64,000 nt of DNA, from NCBI GenBank assembly GCA_040954595.2, contig CM082576.2:12837129-12901128 (forward strand). The letters are read 5' to 3'. The position numbers were made by a program, and so were the translations under genes. Of this stretch, positions 14,901 through 26,700 are shown in pieces. The notes under the pieces are model-generated. The model worked only from the letters and a program-made list of their open reading frames with translations. It was not told the DNA's origin and searched no databases. The DNA is from Balanoglossus misakiensis (lineage: Eukaryota > Animalia > Hemichordata). Position 1 is the stretch's first letter; each line of letters begins with the position of its first letter.

Positions 14901-15847
14901 ACAAAGAAGGATAATTATGTACAAAGTATACGTAATACAGCGTTTGTTTTCTGCTCTGAAAGTTTCCTTTACCCAGTTGTCTTGAACAGCCTGCCTTCAG
15001 ATGAAGATATAGGATACTTTGTGAACTTTAGATAAATCTTATTCCTTGTTTCGATAGATAGAAATATATATCTGCGTTTTCGGCGCAGAGCTATTAAAGA
15101 AACCCCCTGTAGATTTCAAACACGGTAAACATCACTCTGATAAACTGCTACAAGGTTTTGGGGCAAAATTGGTAGTTAAAAGTTATCAAATGTCCCCATA
15201 TATTTGTCTCTAATTGCATGTTTAGGTAATTGAAAAGTAAAAAGGGTATTAATCACAACTCGTCCAGAAACTGACATGAGATTACGTTTGTGTCTGTTGG
15301 AATTTTTGAGCGGGACATTTTTTGGTCTCATCGATCTCGGTTGTTTTATTCTGTAACGCATGTTTCAAAACTTACAAATATCGCTTTGCAACAACATCAT
15401 ACAAAAATGCCTCAATTTAGCTATAGTCTAACATTAATATTGTCGTCGCTATGGAAAAAAATATATGCAAAAGTACCATTACCATTAGCTTCCTCAAATA
15501 TCAAATTGATTAGGTCTAGGCCTAATGATGAAAAATGCGAACGAGTGAACTCGATCTTTGATCACTGGAAATCATATTCAGGCGTAGTTACATTTAGCAT
15601 TTACGCGTAAAATATCCGATTTCCTTATTTTAATGAATTTAATATTTCTAAATTTATTGGGAATCTAGGGTTGAGTAAACACTCGCAGTCGTACTCTTGC
15701 TATGACTCGATCAAATAAACCGGACCCACCGGCGCTTGTTGAACGGAAAATCTCTAGATTTTGATGCGACATTGAATTCGCATTTGATAACGGCCCAAAA
15801 TTGTGGGTTTTTTCCCGAGATTATCTGCTAAATCTAGATCCGACCAA

Positions 15848-15945
15848 CACGCGCGCGCCTATGTGCAGAGCCGCGTACTAAACACGCGTACGTCTGCGTC
15901 TCGCGTCTGCGTCTCAACAGCGCAACCGGAAGCGGCGATCAGCTG
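15848..15945 (+). promoter_or_regulatory. CpG-rich promoter of the beta-propeller gene
   Basis: Dense CpG, a duplicated cgtctgcgtctc, and an ETS-type CCGGAAG at 15926-15932, about 80 bp before the ATG at 16008. Confidence 0.5.
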
Positions 15946-16007
15946 TGTTTTGAGCGTGGTTGCAGACACAACGTGAAAACGTTGATCATCAGTGTTGTCG
16001 ACAAGAA

Positions 16008-16093
16008 ATGAAACAGAAAGCATCGTTCAACTGCATTGCTCTGAAAAGGGTTGCAGCAAAGTGTAATAGACTAGCGGTAGGCCACGTTTTCAG
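16008..16093 (+). CDS. Propeller gene exon 1
   Basis: MKQKASFNCIALKRVAAKCNRLAVGHVF(R), donor AG|gcaagt. Confidence 0.6.
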
Positions 16094-16715
16094 GCAAGTA
16101 AATGCAATACGAGGGAAACCTGCGGTAAAAGACAGGAATTTGTGTAAATCGATGATTCGTTTTTGTTTGCTGCAAGTCTAACGTTATCACGGAAGTACAT
16201 ATGATCACAAGGGTAGACTGCAGTTGTCTGTCCGCATCCTTGTCCTAACCTCCAGGTCAGATCTTTTTGACCCCTGACTTTATATGCATATTTTACAAGA
16301 TGGTCAAATCACGGTTTTGCCGTCTAACACACAAACCGAACTGCAGCTGGGGATCCCAGAGGAGGGACCGTGGCCTAATCTTTTGCCCGGCGTTTATGTT
16401 GGGGTTTTGCCACTGTTGTCAAACCAACCCCGACAGCAGGCAAAACCTCGAGCTACGGTACTGCAGCAATAACACTGAATGTGGTGCTGGTATTTCAGGG
16501 TACTATTAAACATTGGGTGAACAATTGGCATATGATACATTTCGAACCTACCTAAAAATCTTCACTGAGTTTGTCTGTGTGCAACTTCTCTGTAGGTACC
16601 CGAAACAAGTAATTATCTTGGGATGTGAAGATGGTGTGATCCGTGTGTATGACCTTCCTGCCGATGACAATGTTGATGAGCTAAAGGTGAACAAACAAAC
16701 AAACAAGCCAGCCAG

Positions 16716-16790
<75 letters not shown>

Positions 16791-19700
16791 GTCAGTCACA
16801 TGGAAGAACGTGTGGAATTCAACAAGACCTCAACACATAAAATATAAAATCTTTTGGGTTGAAGCATATACATTATAATCCACTATCCACTTTCTCTTCT
16901 AAATTCTGACCATTTGCTTGTCATTTTCAGTTGAAATGTACGCTGGAAAGCAAAGGTGGTCCCATTCAGAGTTTGTTGCTGTATGACATCACCAAGTTTG
17001 GCTCCATTGACCTCTTGGTGGGTCACTCGGGTGGGGTCATCACCATATTCTGCAACGAACAGATTGTCAATCGATGCAGTTTCTCCGAACAAAGTGTTGA
17101 CGAGTTACAGGTGGACCACGATGCAAGTAAGAATTTAGCCATGGCGGGACGGCCTCTACATGAACCATTGCAATGCTTTGCTCTAGTGTGGGGGTTGAGC
17201 TCTCACATTTGGAAATATTGCCACTTCATGTTTAAACTTCTGATTATAACATGAGGAATTACTGTAAAATGAAAAATTAATCGTCGCGGAATAGATGCCT
17301 CTGATGATATCACGAAAATTTGCAGTCGCAAAAATTTCCCGTTTTACAGTAAGACATGTCATTAATTAATTTTGCTTTTCCACTTTCATTTTTCACAGCT
17401 GGAAATTTAAGCATTGTTGTCGGTGACAACGGAGGCAACGTAAATGCCTTCCTGCCTTACAGACCCCTCTGGCGTTTACGCTTAGCCGACATCCCACTAC
17501 CTCAGGTAAACTTTGCAACGTTGCATTACTCTTTGTCAATGACAGCAGCAAAATGTAGACAAACATTGTATGTAATAATAATAGGCCTATGGATGTTCAC
17601 GACATTCTTGCACAAGCAGTTCTGCAGTGTACACAAGTTGAACGTAATATATGTGGACAGTGAAAATATAGACAGGATTTGGGATTGTGTTTTGCCAATT
17701 CAGGTATGCATATCAGTTTTGATTGATAAATACATTTCAGGTTTTATATAATTAGTTTTCTCAGGTGAAAGGCTTTCTTCATATGTAACTGCAGTCTGTA
17801 GCCTGAAAAACCTTAGGCTGTGCAGTCAATCGATGTATCTCCTGTTTGCAAGAGATATCCGTCTCCCACATCATTGACTCAGCAATCATACATGTATGTG
17901 AGATGTCAGATTTGTGTTATGGGGTGTGTGGAAGAGTCACAGAGAAATCCTTATTCCTCATTCTCACAAGGAAGGTAATCCACCGTTGAAAGCTGAATCT
18001 TTCATTTACTCCTGGAAAATATCATGCTTGATCACGTGGGGATGGTTATCTGAAGTTGATTTCGATCATCCCTGTGATGAATATTTCATTCTGGAGTCGA
18101 GTCCTTTTTAAGAATTGGTTTGTCCATCCTGCACTCATGTGTCTACTGCTGCTGTATGGCATAACCCAAGGCTATCATTACTGATAGAAAAACGTGTTCT
18201 GAGGAACATTGTGGATAACTAATTTAAAGGATCATGCACGCAGTACATGTCATATGTGTGTGCATGCTTGTGTGTCTGAACCGAGTGATCAAGGTAATTT
18301 CACGATTTGTATCATTTCACACCGTTGATAAAAGAAACAATTGTTTCTTTTATTGAGATTGCCAAGAGGTAACATCTTCTGGACTTCCTGGCAACAGGAT
18401 AAAAAAAAAAAAAAATGTAACAAAGACCTTGTAGGGGAATTTTCTGTTGCTTCGGTAATGCAGTCATACAGCCTTTAAGTGTCTGTGAAGTCCATTTTTC
18501 ATGCAGCCAGTCAAAAGGTGATGAACAGAAAGACTGATTAATTTTTATTCTCAAGGAAATTGTTTCACTGTAGTTATGGGAATAAGAGCATTGTGTCGCA
18601 AATTGCTGCCTTTTGCATTTTTGGCACCTTCAACTTCCCCGGAAAACGTTGCCATGGGAGCGGTATGGTGACGCCAAACATTTGATTCTTGATATTCACC
18701 GAGGTTTTAAAAAAAGACTTCGATCCCCACTGAATTTGTAAACAAGTAATGTTTTATTCTCAGCCTCAGAGGACTTGTTGAGTACTGCAGTAGTGGTACA
18801 TACATTGTAATTTTCAAGTTCATGTTCCTTTTTTAGCTCTTGCTAAAGCTGGGGGCAAATGACACAAAGGGTGAAGGAACAATCGGTGACGCGGTAACAG
18901 GATATGGACACTTCTCCAGAAAAAGCATCGCCATGCCAACAAGGGTGTTTAACAAAGAAAAAAGTCTGATCTCCCACCCCCTAAAAAATCGTTTCAAGGA
19001 AACGGTTTCTGTTGAACCCGAGCGATGTAGTGTTTGTCGCGTCTAATTTGCTTGTTAGCAGACTTTTCCTGAGCACTACTCTCAGGGAAATTAATACGTC
19101 CGTCATGTATGGAAGGTCTTTTTTTAAGTGCGTACTTGTCTGTTTTTCTTGGGTGATTTCCATGTCGATTTCATAGGATGCTCATTAAACGAGCCACGTT
19201 AGAAAACACTTCTTCCTGCGTTAATTTGTTTTGGCTTTTGAAAGGTGACGCCGTGCATTAACCTGTGGGGATATTTTCATTGCACATAATCAAATTGATT
19301 TTTAATAATTCTTGATGCAGGCTTTTGTCGTGTGGCTTTACAAGCTTATGAATATAATTACATGGGTCTGCGTTTACACACGTCACAAATATCCACTTAA
19401 TTTGCGAAACGGAAAGCTGGAAACAGTGGTGAGCTGTATTTAAGAAACACAATCTATTTTTGTTATTCCCCGTAGATGGCTATGTCTGTCCGTCCAGAGC
19501 CATTTATACACTCAGACATACTCTAAACTATATTACCGTATTTAAACTTGGTACAAGGAGAGTGTACTAAAATGTACATACAATTTTTTTGTATGCATGA
19601 GTAAATTTATTTTGTGATACAATCCAATATGGCTGCCTGGTGGCCACTTTATTACAATAGAGCCCCCTTGAATACACAGATATGGCTGAACACAAAACAT

Positions 19701-22700
19701 TCAAACTTGATATACATGTAAGGACAACTATGATCTAGATCTACGTATTTTTTATAATGTCCAGAACCATTTCTTACATTATGTGTGCTAATAAATTGAA
19801 ACTGTGTACCGGTAGTAATGATGTATGCATACACCTTATCGGACATGTACAATATACTTTGTTTATTGTCGGAGACATTTTGCAAACATGCCTCAGAGAC
19901 TTCTACTGATTCATTCCAATATGATTTCTTGTAATGTTATTAATCTATTGATCCCGGGCAGACTATACTATTGACAATGTCTTTTTGTGTTTAATTTGAA
20001 AAACCCCAATGGAAGGAAAATAGTAAGAAAATTGATGTGACATAGTATGTGAAGGTGTAAGTGCATATTAAATAATCAAAAGCAAAGATTTCCACCAGCA
20101 TTGCCACGGTGATCTAGCTCATAAATTTTGTTCAGTGATGCTGCTCTCAACCGAATACTTCTAAAGATGGAGAATCGTTGCCATGGACACAGTCGGAGCA
20201 CGTGTTTGCGCCATCGATTGCACGAATTCTGGCGTATTGTGGAGGATAATGATGCTATTGGAGAACGGTTCTCTTGTATGCACGACCATTTCACAAAGCA
20301 TGGCTGTGTGTGAAAAGCGACTCTTATGCGTACAGTCAGAAAAGAATTTTTTTTGTTCTGCTGAATTTTGTGTTGTCGTGGAAGCGAAAACCTGTCTGTA
20401 TAGCTCCCTGAGTGGCAGTATATGGTAACAAGGAGTCAATTTGCCTGCCACAAATTCAAGAACGTTAAAATCTCATGTTTTTAGTACCCGACCTGTTATA
20501 AATCAATGTCAAGCCTATAATGATTACTGTTCGTAGGTTACAAGGTGCTGTCTCCGCATACATTCTGTTAGTAACAAAATCAAGCGTATACACGCAATTA
20601 TGCCATTGGCAATAAATTATGTTTCTGAGCAATTTACAATCCAGATATCTATACCTCAGTGTGTGTAAAATTGGATCAGTTTTTTCAATCATCGTCTCAT
20701 CAACCTTTCAAATGCTGTAATGTTCGAGACACGTGCTGATGTGTGTTCGTCGAAATTGGTGCCCTTTGCGTGATCAACTTCAAAGAGGACAAAACTTGTG
20801 GATGTTACTTGAAGGTCGCCAGAAGGTCTTAGAAGATGCTGTGCGAGAGTGACTCATTTGCGAGGTGAACGCCTCAACGGCTGTGTGCTGAGTCTGTTGC
20901 CATGGCGATGTATTGGCACAGAAACACTCCCAGTGAAGGCAATCTTGGCTCACTAGAAACAGCATGATAATAGTTTACGTACCCTGTGTGAGATCAAGAA
21001 CATACACGTGCGTGTTATTGCACAGAGTAAAGTTACATTCAAAGTTAATGCATTCACAAACTGATATAAAAGCCTTAATTTCTATAATGTGCGATATCAC
21101 GGCAGTTTTGACAAGACGCGATCAAAAGCTCGGAAATCCACAGAAATAACACACTTGTTTTTGTTGCAAGCTGTCAATTGTGTAGAGCAATCCATGATGT
21201 CATCTGGGTTTTTATAATAGTCTGTGTTTCTTGATAAACAGGATCATATACATTTTTCATAAGGAATTCCCAAACATTGAGCTGGCTTTGTTTTGAGAAC
21301 TAGGGGTCTATGGATTACGGTATTTATACAGAAATGTAGAATGTGTGGGATCGACTTCAAGCATACAATGTAGACATTGTACATGTAAGTCGAGTGCACA
21401 AATATGAATAGATTCTATGATTCACGAATATCAGAATGGTTTAAATTCATTCATTCAGGTATGAAAGAGATATGTGATGGCCAGCTTTACTGCCTGCAAG
21501 GGTCTGACTGGCTAATACACTCACATGTATGTCAGCGATACAATTTTTAAATCTCCTCAGGCCAAGTTTATTTTCAAGTCGTGAAGTGCTCTAAAACATG
21601 ATCCTACTGACATTGTATCAGATTACCCCCACAACGAATCCGCATTGTAGCCAATTATTGTGCTAATCAAATTGAGTCGTGTCCTCCTTTGTAACCTACA
21701 TTTTATTGCTGCTCGCAGTAATGAAGCTTTTGTTCATGCCATACACATACACGCACCATATCATTGAAGTATATTATAAACCCATGTCTGTCACCTCAGT
21801 GTTCCGTGTCGAAGCTATGTCACGCAAAATTGAACATTTTTTTTCTACTTTTGGATTTTATCCGTCTAGAGCGTATCCAAGCAACCAATCGTTACATGTC
21901 TGCTGGCAGCAAATCTCAGCAGTTCGTCTGGCAGTGTGAGTAACTACATCCTGGTTTGTGATGATTGTCAACGTCTTCACGTCTTGCAACAGGGCCGGGT
22001 GGTACAGACACTCTACACACAAAATGTGGTCACAGCTGTAAGTATATGCAGTGTACTTTAGATTTCATGATTCGAGATCCCTCTTCAGAGGTCCAACTGT
22101 ACCATAGAAAACATGGTGGTGAAATGGGTTAAAACTCATTTTTTCTCTGTCCAGTTTTGTTGCATAACATTACTGAGCTGTGCATCACATTCACTCTGCA
22201 GCACAGTTCTATTTCAAATGACGCACACAATCTGTAGTAGAACTTAGTGTTTTGTAATGTACCAAAATGTATACTTGCATTATTCTGCCAGAAGGCTTTT
22301 TATTCACCAAACTTCATAGCAAAAGTTTAAAGGGACAATAGCTGTAACTTTTGTTATTTCTATAAAGTATTTTTCTATCATCTTTCAATATTTGTACGGT
22401 ATAGTCAACGACCACAAAGTGTTTTATTCCATATAGCATGCAGAAACACCCAGTATTCCCTTGTAATACATGTATGTATGCTTGTACAGTGTATATGTAT
22501 CATTGTTATTGTTATAATAGTTAGTTTCCGGCCACATCTTTATCTTTGTCTCATAGATGTGCAGTGGTCAGTTTCTGCCGGAGACTGAGGTAGATTCTGG
22601 TGGTCCTGTTAGCAGTAGTACATCACAGATAGCTCTGGCTGGTCAAGACGGGTCCATCTACATCATGAGTCATTTCCAGGTAAATTCACCACTTCATGTT

Positions 22701-23772
22701 ACTTGTTGAGAAAAAAAATGGTAATGTTGATTTGAGTGGGTTGCAGATTGCAGTTCAAAGATATGCCTGTCTGGCAAAATACAGTGAAAAAATGTGTTTC
22801 AAGTTGTACTTTGTGAAAGCAGAAAACAGAAATAAGATGATTCAGGCATTTTTTTGGTGTAGTTCCCCTTTTTTCACTGCAGAATTTTCACTCTATTTTC
22901 TCCTCAGATATATTCAGTAGAATATGGCAGTGTTCATTTACCTTTGACCCAGGTCATGACCCTTCCAGCCACTGAGGATGGCGACATGGACTATTTACTT
23001 TGCACAGGTCATTTCAATTCTGTTATGTTGTATCACAGTGGAAAGGTGGGTCATATTGGCTTGTTTGCAACCAGTCCGTAGTCAATCGGAGAGTGAATCA
23101 TTCTTGATCATTTTTACGAATTAGAAGTTTGACGGTTGCAATACTACAAGTGATATGCTAAATGGACTGGGTTGTTTCTTTTAACAATTTCTTTTTGAAT
23201 TGAAAAATTTCTTTCAGCCAAGGTTTTTCAGTTCTTTGTGTTCAGATTGTTGTCATTTAGTTCCTCCAGTGCAACACTTCTGATCTGTGATGAAATTTAA
23301 GGGTGGAGGAAAGGGAGAGTTTAAGCTTTTAACACACAGCATTATGATTTGCCTGCTGATAATTTCTCAGTAATGGTGACTCAGTCGTTACAATGAAATA
23401 TAGAGATATCCCAAATCACCAAACAACTAAGCCTACCCGGTAGTGCATCCAGACTTTAAAAGTGATCACTGTTACTTTATTGCAACAGCCATTCTATGAG
23501 CCTCATGTTGCTATGTCAACTCTGGACTGCATTGTGGTATTGATTTTGTTTGGAGCTTTTGTTGTGTTTCTGTTCTGTGTTTTCACTGCGTGTTTTCATT
23601 CCAAGCAATAAATCTGCCTTTCCATTTTTTTTTTATTCCGCAGCTCATAACGAAGTACACGACCTCGGACTGGGTGAACTCCATGGCGACGGCCGATGTG
23701 GACAATGATGGAGAAATGGAAGTCATCATCAGTTGCCTTGACGATACCATCCACTTCCTTAAAGTAACCTGA
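16008..23772 (+). CDS. Uncharacterised 345-aa seven-bladed FG-GAP/BBS2-like beta-propeller protein; join(16008-16093, 16596-16686, 16931-17126, 17399-17505, 21870-22037, 22557-22679, 22908-23045, 23644-23772)
   Basis: Eight phase-consistent exons, 1038 nt, one open frame. Seven repeats of the type hhhD-x(5-7)-hhhG-xx-G-x-h-x-hh; the last has DVDNDG. The end of exon 1 is the least certain boundary (GC donor). Confidence 0.85.
16596..16686 (+). CDS. Propeller gene exon 2
   Basis: ctgtag|G TAC...AAG|gtgaac, YPKQVIILGCEDGVIRVYDLPADDNVDELK. Confidence 0.85.
16689..16798. repeat. Compound tetranucleotide microsatellite (AAAC)n(AGCC)n(AATC)~18(AGTC)2
   Basis: Directly visible, immediately after the exon 2 donor. 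Confidence 0.95.
16931..17126 (+). CDS. Propeller gene exon 3
   Basis: ttttcag|TTG...GCA A|gtaaga, LKCTLESKGGPIQSLLLYDITKFGSIDLLVG... Confidence 0.9.
17260..17351. mobile_element. Short TA-flanked MITE (Tc1/mariner-like ends)
   Basis: tactgtaaaa...ttttacagta inverted ends; the 3' end resembles 41763-41980. Confidence 0.55.
17399..17505 (+). CDS. Propeller gene exon 4
   Basis: tcacag|CT GGA...CAG|gtaaac, GNLSIVVGDNGGNVNAF... Confidence 0.9.
21870..22037 (+). CDS. Propeller gene exon 5
   Basis: tctag|AGC...GCT|gtaagt, 168 nt, SVSKQPIVTCLL...VVTA. Confidence 0.85.
22557..22679 (+). CDS. Propeller gene exon 6
   Basis: tcatag|ATG...CAG|gtaaat, MCSGQF...IALAGQDGSIYIMSHFQ. Confidence 0.88.
22908..23045 (+). 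CDS. Propeller gene exon 7
   Basis: cctcag|ATA...AAG|gtgggt, IYSVEY...DYLLCTGHFNSVMLYHSGK. Confidence 0.88.
23644..23772 (+). CDS. Propeller gene exon 8 (terminal)
   Basis: ccgcag|CTC...TGA, LITKYTTSDWVNSMATADVDNDGEMEVIISCLDDTIHFLKVT*. Confidence 0.9.
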   Translation, partial: LITKYTTSDWVNSMATADVDNDGEMEVIISCLDDTIHFLKVT

Positions 23773-26700
23773 GAGGATTTTTTTTATTAGACTCGTCATC
23801 ATCGGTCGCAGATGCTTGAACATTAGTGACAACCAGGAGATGAGAATTCACCGATATTATCTTGCCTCGGTGATCATGAATTGAAATTGAACCCGGCAGA
23901 GATTCAATAATTGGGTCAATTTCGGGGACAATGTCTGGAAACTATGCAAGATATGGGAGAAAAAAATGGTTTAAATCCCTCCGCCACTGCCCTTGAGTGA
24001 TGACTTGTGTATTCACAGATGAAAGCGACGTTTCCGCGTAATCCTGGTGTTTGCCGACATTTCATCGATCTCAATGATGTCATATTAGTACGGAGCCAAG
24101 TTGGCTGCAGGCTGAAGTGAGACAGTGTGCCCCGCACGTCCCCGTTTTTTCACAATCTATACATTTAATGTCACATCCTGAAACCTCTTTTCCTGTCGTC
24201 TTTGAGATCGAATCCTTCCTGTAATCCAAATCGAAACCATTTCCTTATCATCGAATTAAAAGATATTTTCAACAGAGAGATTCAGCTTATACCTGTGCTT
24301 TTTTTTGCCTGTTGGATCTAACACATATGGATGTTGTGCTGTGGTGTTGTCCTGTCAAGGGGTCGGTTTGTAGAAGAAATTGATATTGCCCTGGATTAAA
24401 GTCTTTTTGAAACGAGCGAAAACCAGGGTTTTGGGGAACTGTGACGGTCTAAAGTGCAAAGTACACCAAACCATAAATCTAGTTCAAGTTCGACACTCAT
24501 GAGCCATAGCTATAAACACGATGATACAGCTAATCACTGATCATGTTATACAAACACAAACTTAAGCATTTATGAGAAATGCCATTTGATTGGTTCTTTA
24601 CTCTTGATGAGCGAGGCAGTTGGACAAGAAAACTGCACAGCACTGCTAAACAGCAGACATTTGCTTATAAATGGATTTCTTGATCTGACAGGTATACATG
24701 TCTTTACACATGTAGTAGGGTGTTTAAGGGCAGGATGTTATGACAACCATGACAATTACGGTATTAGCTAGGGACATGATATTGTACAAGGTGCAGTACA
24801 GTGTATGCAGGGGGGGGGGGCACGAATGATAAAATGAACACATACTCCCAAAGTGTAAATTTAGCTGAATGCTGTTTCTGGTATTTTATTTCTGGTAACT
24901 TTTCAGCTAAAAATGTTTCTGCCTCACCACAGAATGGTGGCAGTAGTGAGAATTGGTAACCATGGCAGCATAAGTAGTAATTTTTTATGAAATAGCACAA
25001 TAACAAGTTTCAAGACTCAAAAAAAAAATTACATTCATTTTTTTCCACATTTTTAGGGACCATTCATGCATGGAAGTCACAAATTAACTTGTGGGCATCG
25101 TCGTATCGCCCGGCTAAAGTCTAAAACTGTTCATAGTATCAATACCAAATATAATATACAAAATAAGGACTTTTGTTCCATATTTTCTTGCCTTTATAAA
25201 GTACCAGATTTACTGGGTTTTAGAAAGATTGGATGACAAAATTGTAACAGTTCCAAGAAAATGAGTTGATTAAAAATAATAAATATGACAAAAACCTTCT
25301 GTCGGACATGAGAAAAATACAGCCTCTTCACGAAACAGAAATTTGGATGTCAATTTTCTAATACTGTAAATATTGTGGCCAATGGTTGAAATGCTGTAAT
25401 TCAGTAGCATTGTATTTCGAGTTGTTGGTTTTTGTCTACCACTCTACTGTTTGTTTGTTTTTTTAATTTCCTGCCAGTTGCCATTGACAACACACATTAC
25501 AAAACTGAAGAAAAAAAAACAGACTGAATAGTTACATGTTATCATTTAAAATTAAATGTATAAATGCAAGGGTATACACATATATATTTACAATGTAAAA
25601 TAGTATACGACTGATATTCTTGAACCCCCCCCCCCCCTGAAAAATATTGTGAACCAGATGTAGTCTCTGTGTTTTGGGGCTAACCCATTTTATAGTGAAA
25701 ATGGGGAAGATAGGTTATAATTGTACAGCAAGAGTGACCAGCAATAATCAACACCTTCTTTGGCTTGGCTTCAACATAAGTTTTCAATAAACATCTCTCA
25801 AAATTTAAACAAATGAGATTTGTTGGGTCTTAATATTTTTTTTTTTAAGTTGGAGGATGCCTTGCATAGCAAGTCCTAGCCAAGTATTTCTGATTTTCTT
25901 ATTTCCATTCTGTTTATACAGAAACTATTTCATCAGCGGTACCTGCTGTATAATATTTCTCAAATTGTGACCCAAAGACTGGTTCTGCAGAACGACTGCA
26001 AATTCCCAACTGGAAAAACAACAACCTAGATTCTAGATATACAAAGGGCTCCATTGTACAATAATAATAATAATATTAAAAAATAATAATAATGCTATTA
26101 GAAAAAACTTCAGGAAAGCACTGAATATTAACAAGCCTCTTTATATATGACTGAACTTGTTGCACACATTATATGCACAAGTTCTAATTGTAGGAGGATA
26201 GCACTGTGGCTACATTTTTCTCTGCAAATTGCACCTTTTACTCTTGGATGCGTGTGTAGCTTCTATGTAAATACACATGGTACAGAACAGGGTCACACAT
26301 CAGCCACTACATGTAATTCTGTTGCGGGATCTAGGCTTTTGAACTGCTACTAGAACCCTCACACAAAACCCGATGTGACATCGCCCTCATCACCTCACAC
26401 ACAAAGATAGTCACGATATATCCAGATACCCAAGACTATTTTACAAAAAAAGATACAAGTTTTTTTTTTCTGTTGTCAAGTGTAACAAGCAGAACGCTAC
26501 CAAAAATGTCTTAGAACAAAGTTTTTACAAAGCACTTTTGAAAATTTCAGCTAAAATAAATTGCACACAAATATTATTGGCAAAACAGTATATGACCAAA
26601 AATAGTTCCAAACTTGTGGACACTGCGCTCCCATTTTATCAAAACCGGTTCATCCAAATATGCCGTATGAATTGGATGGAGAACTTTACTAGATCCCTGG

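Noticed and set aside
14559-14924. 121-aa ORF with SIVCHECV resembling a Ly6/uPAR start
   Set aside because: The cysteine spacing and terminal CCxxxxCN are missing, and there are no supporting splice sites.
16284-16472. ORF DGQITVLPSNT... as an extra propeller exon
   Set aside because: No phase-compatible donor/acceptor pair exists, and seven blades are complete without it.
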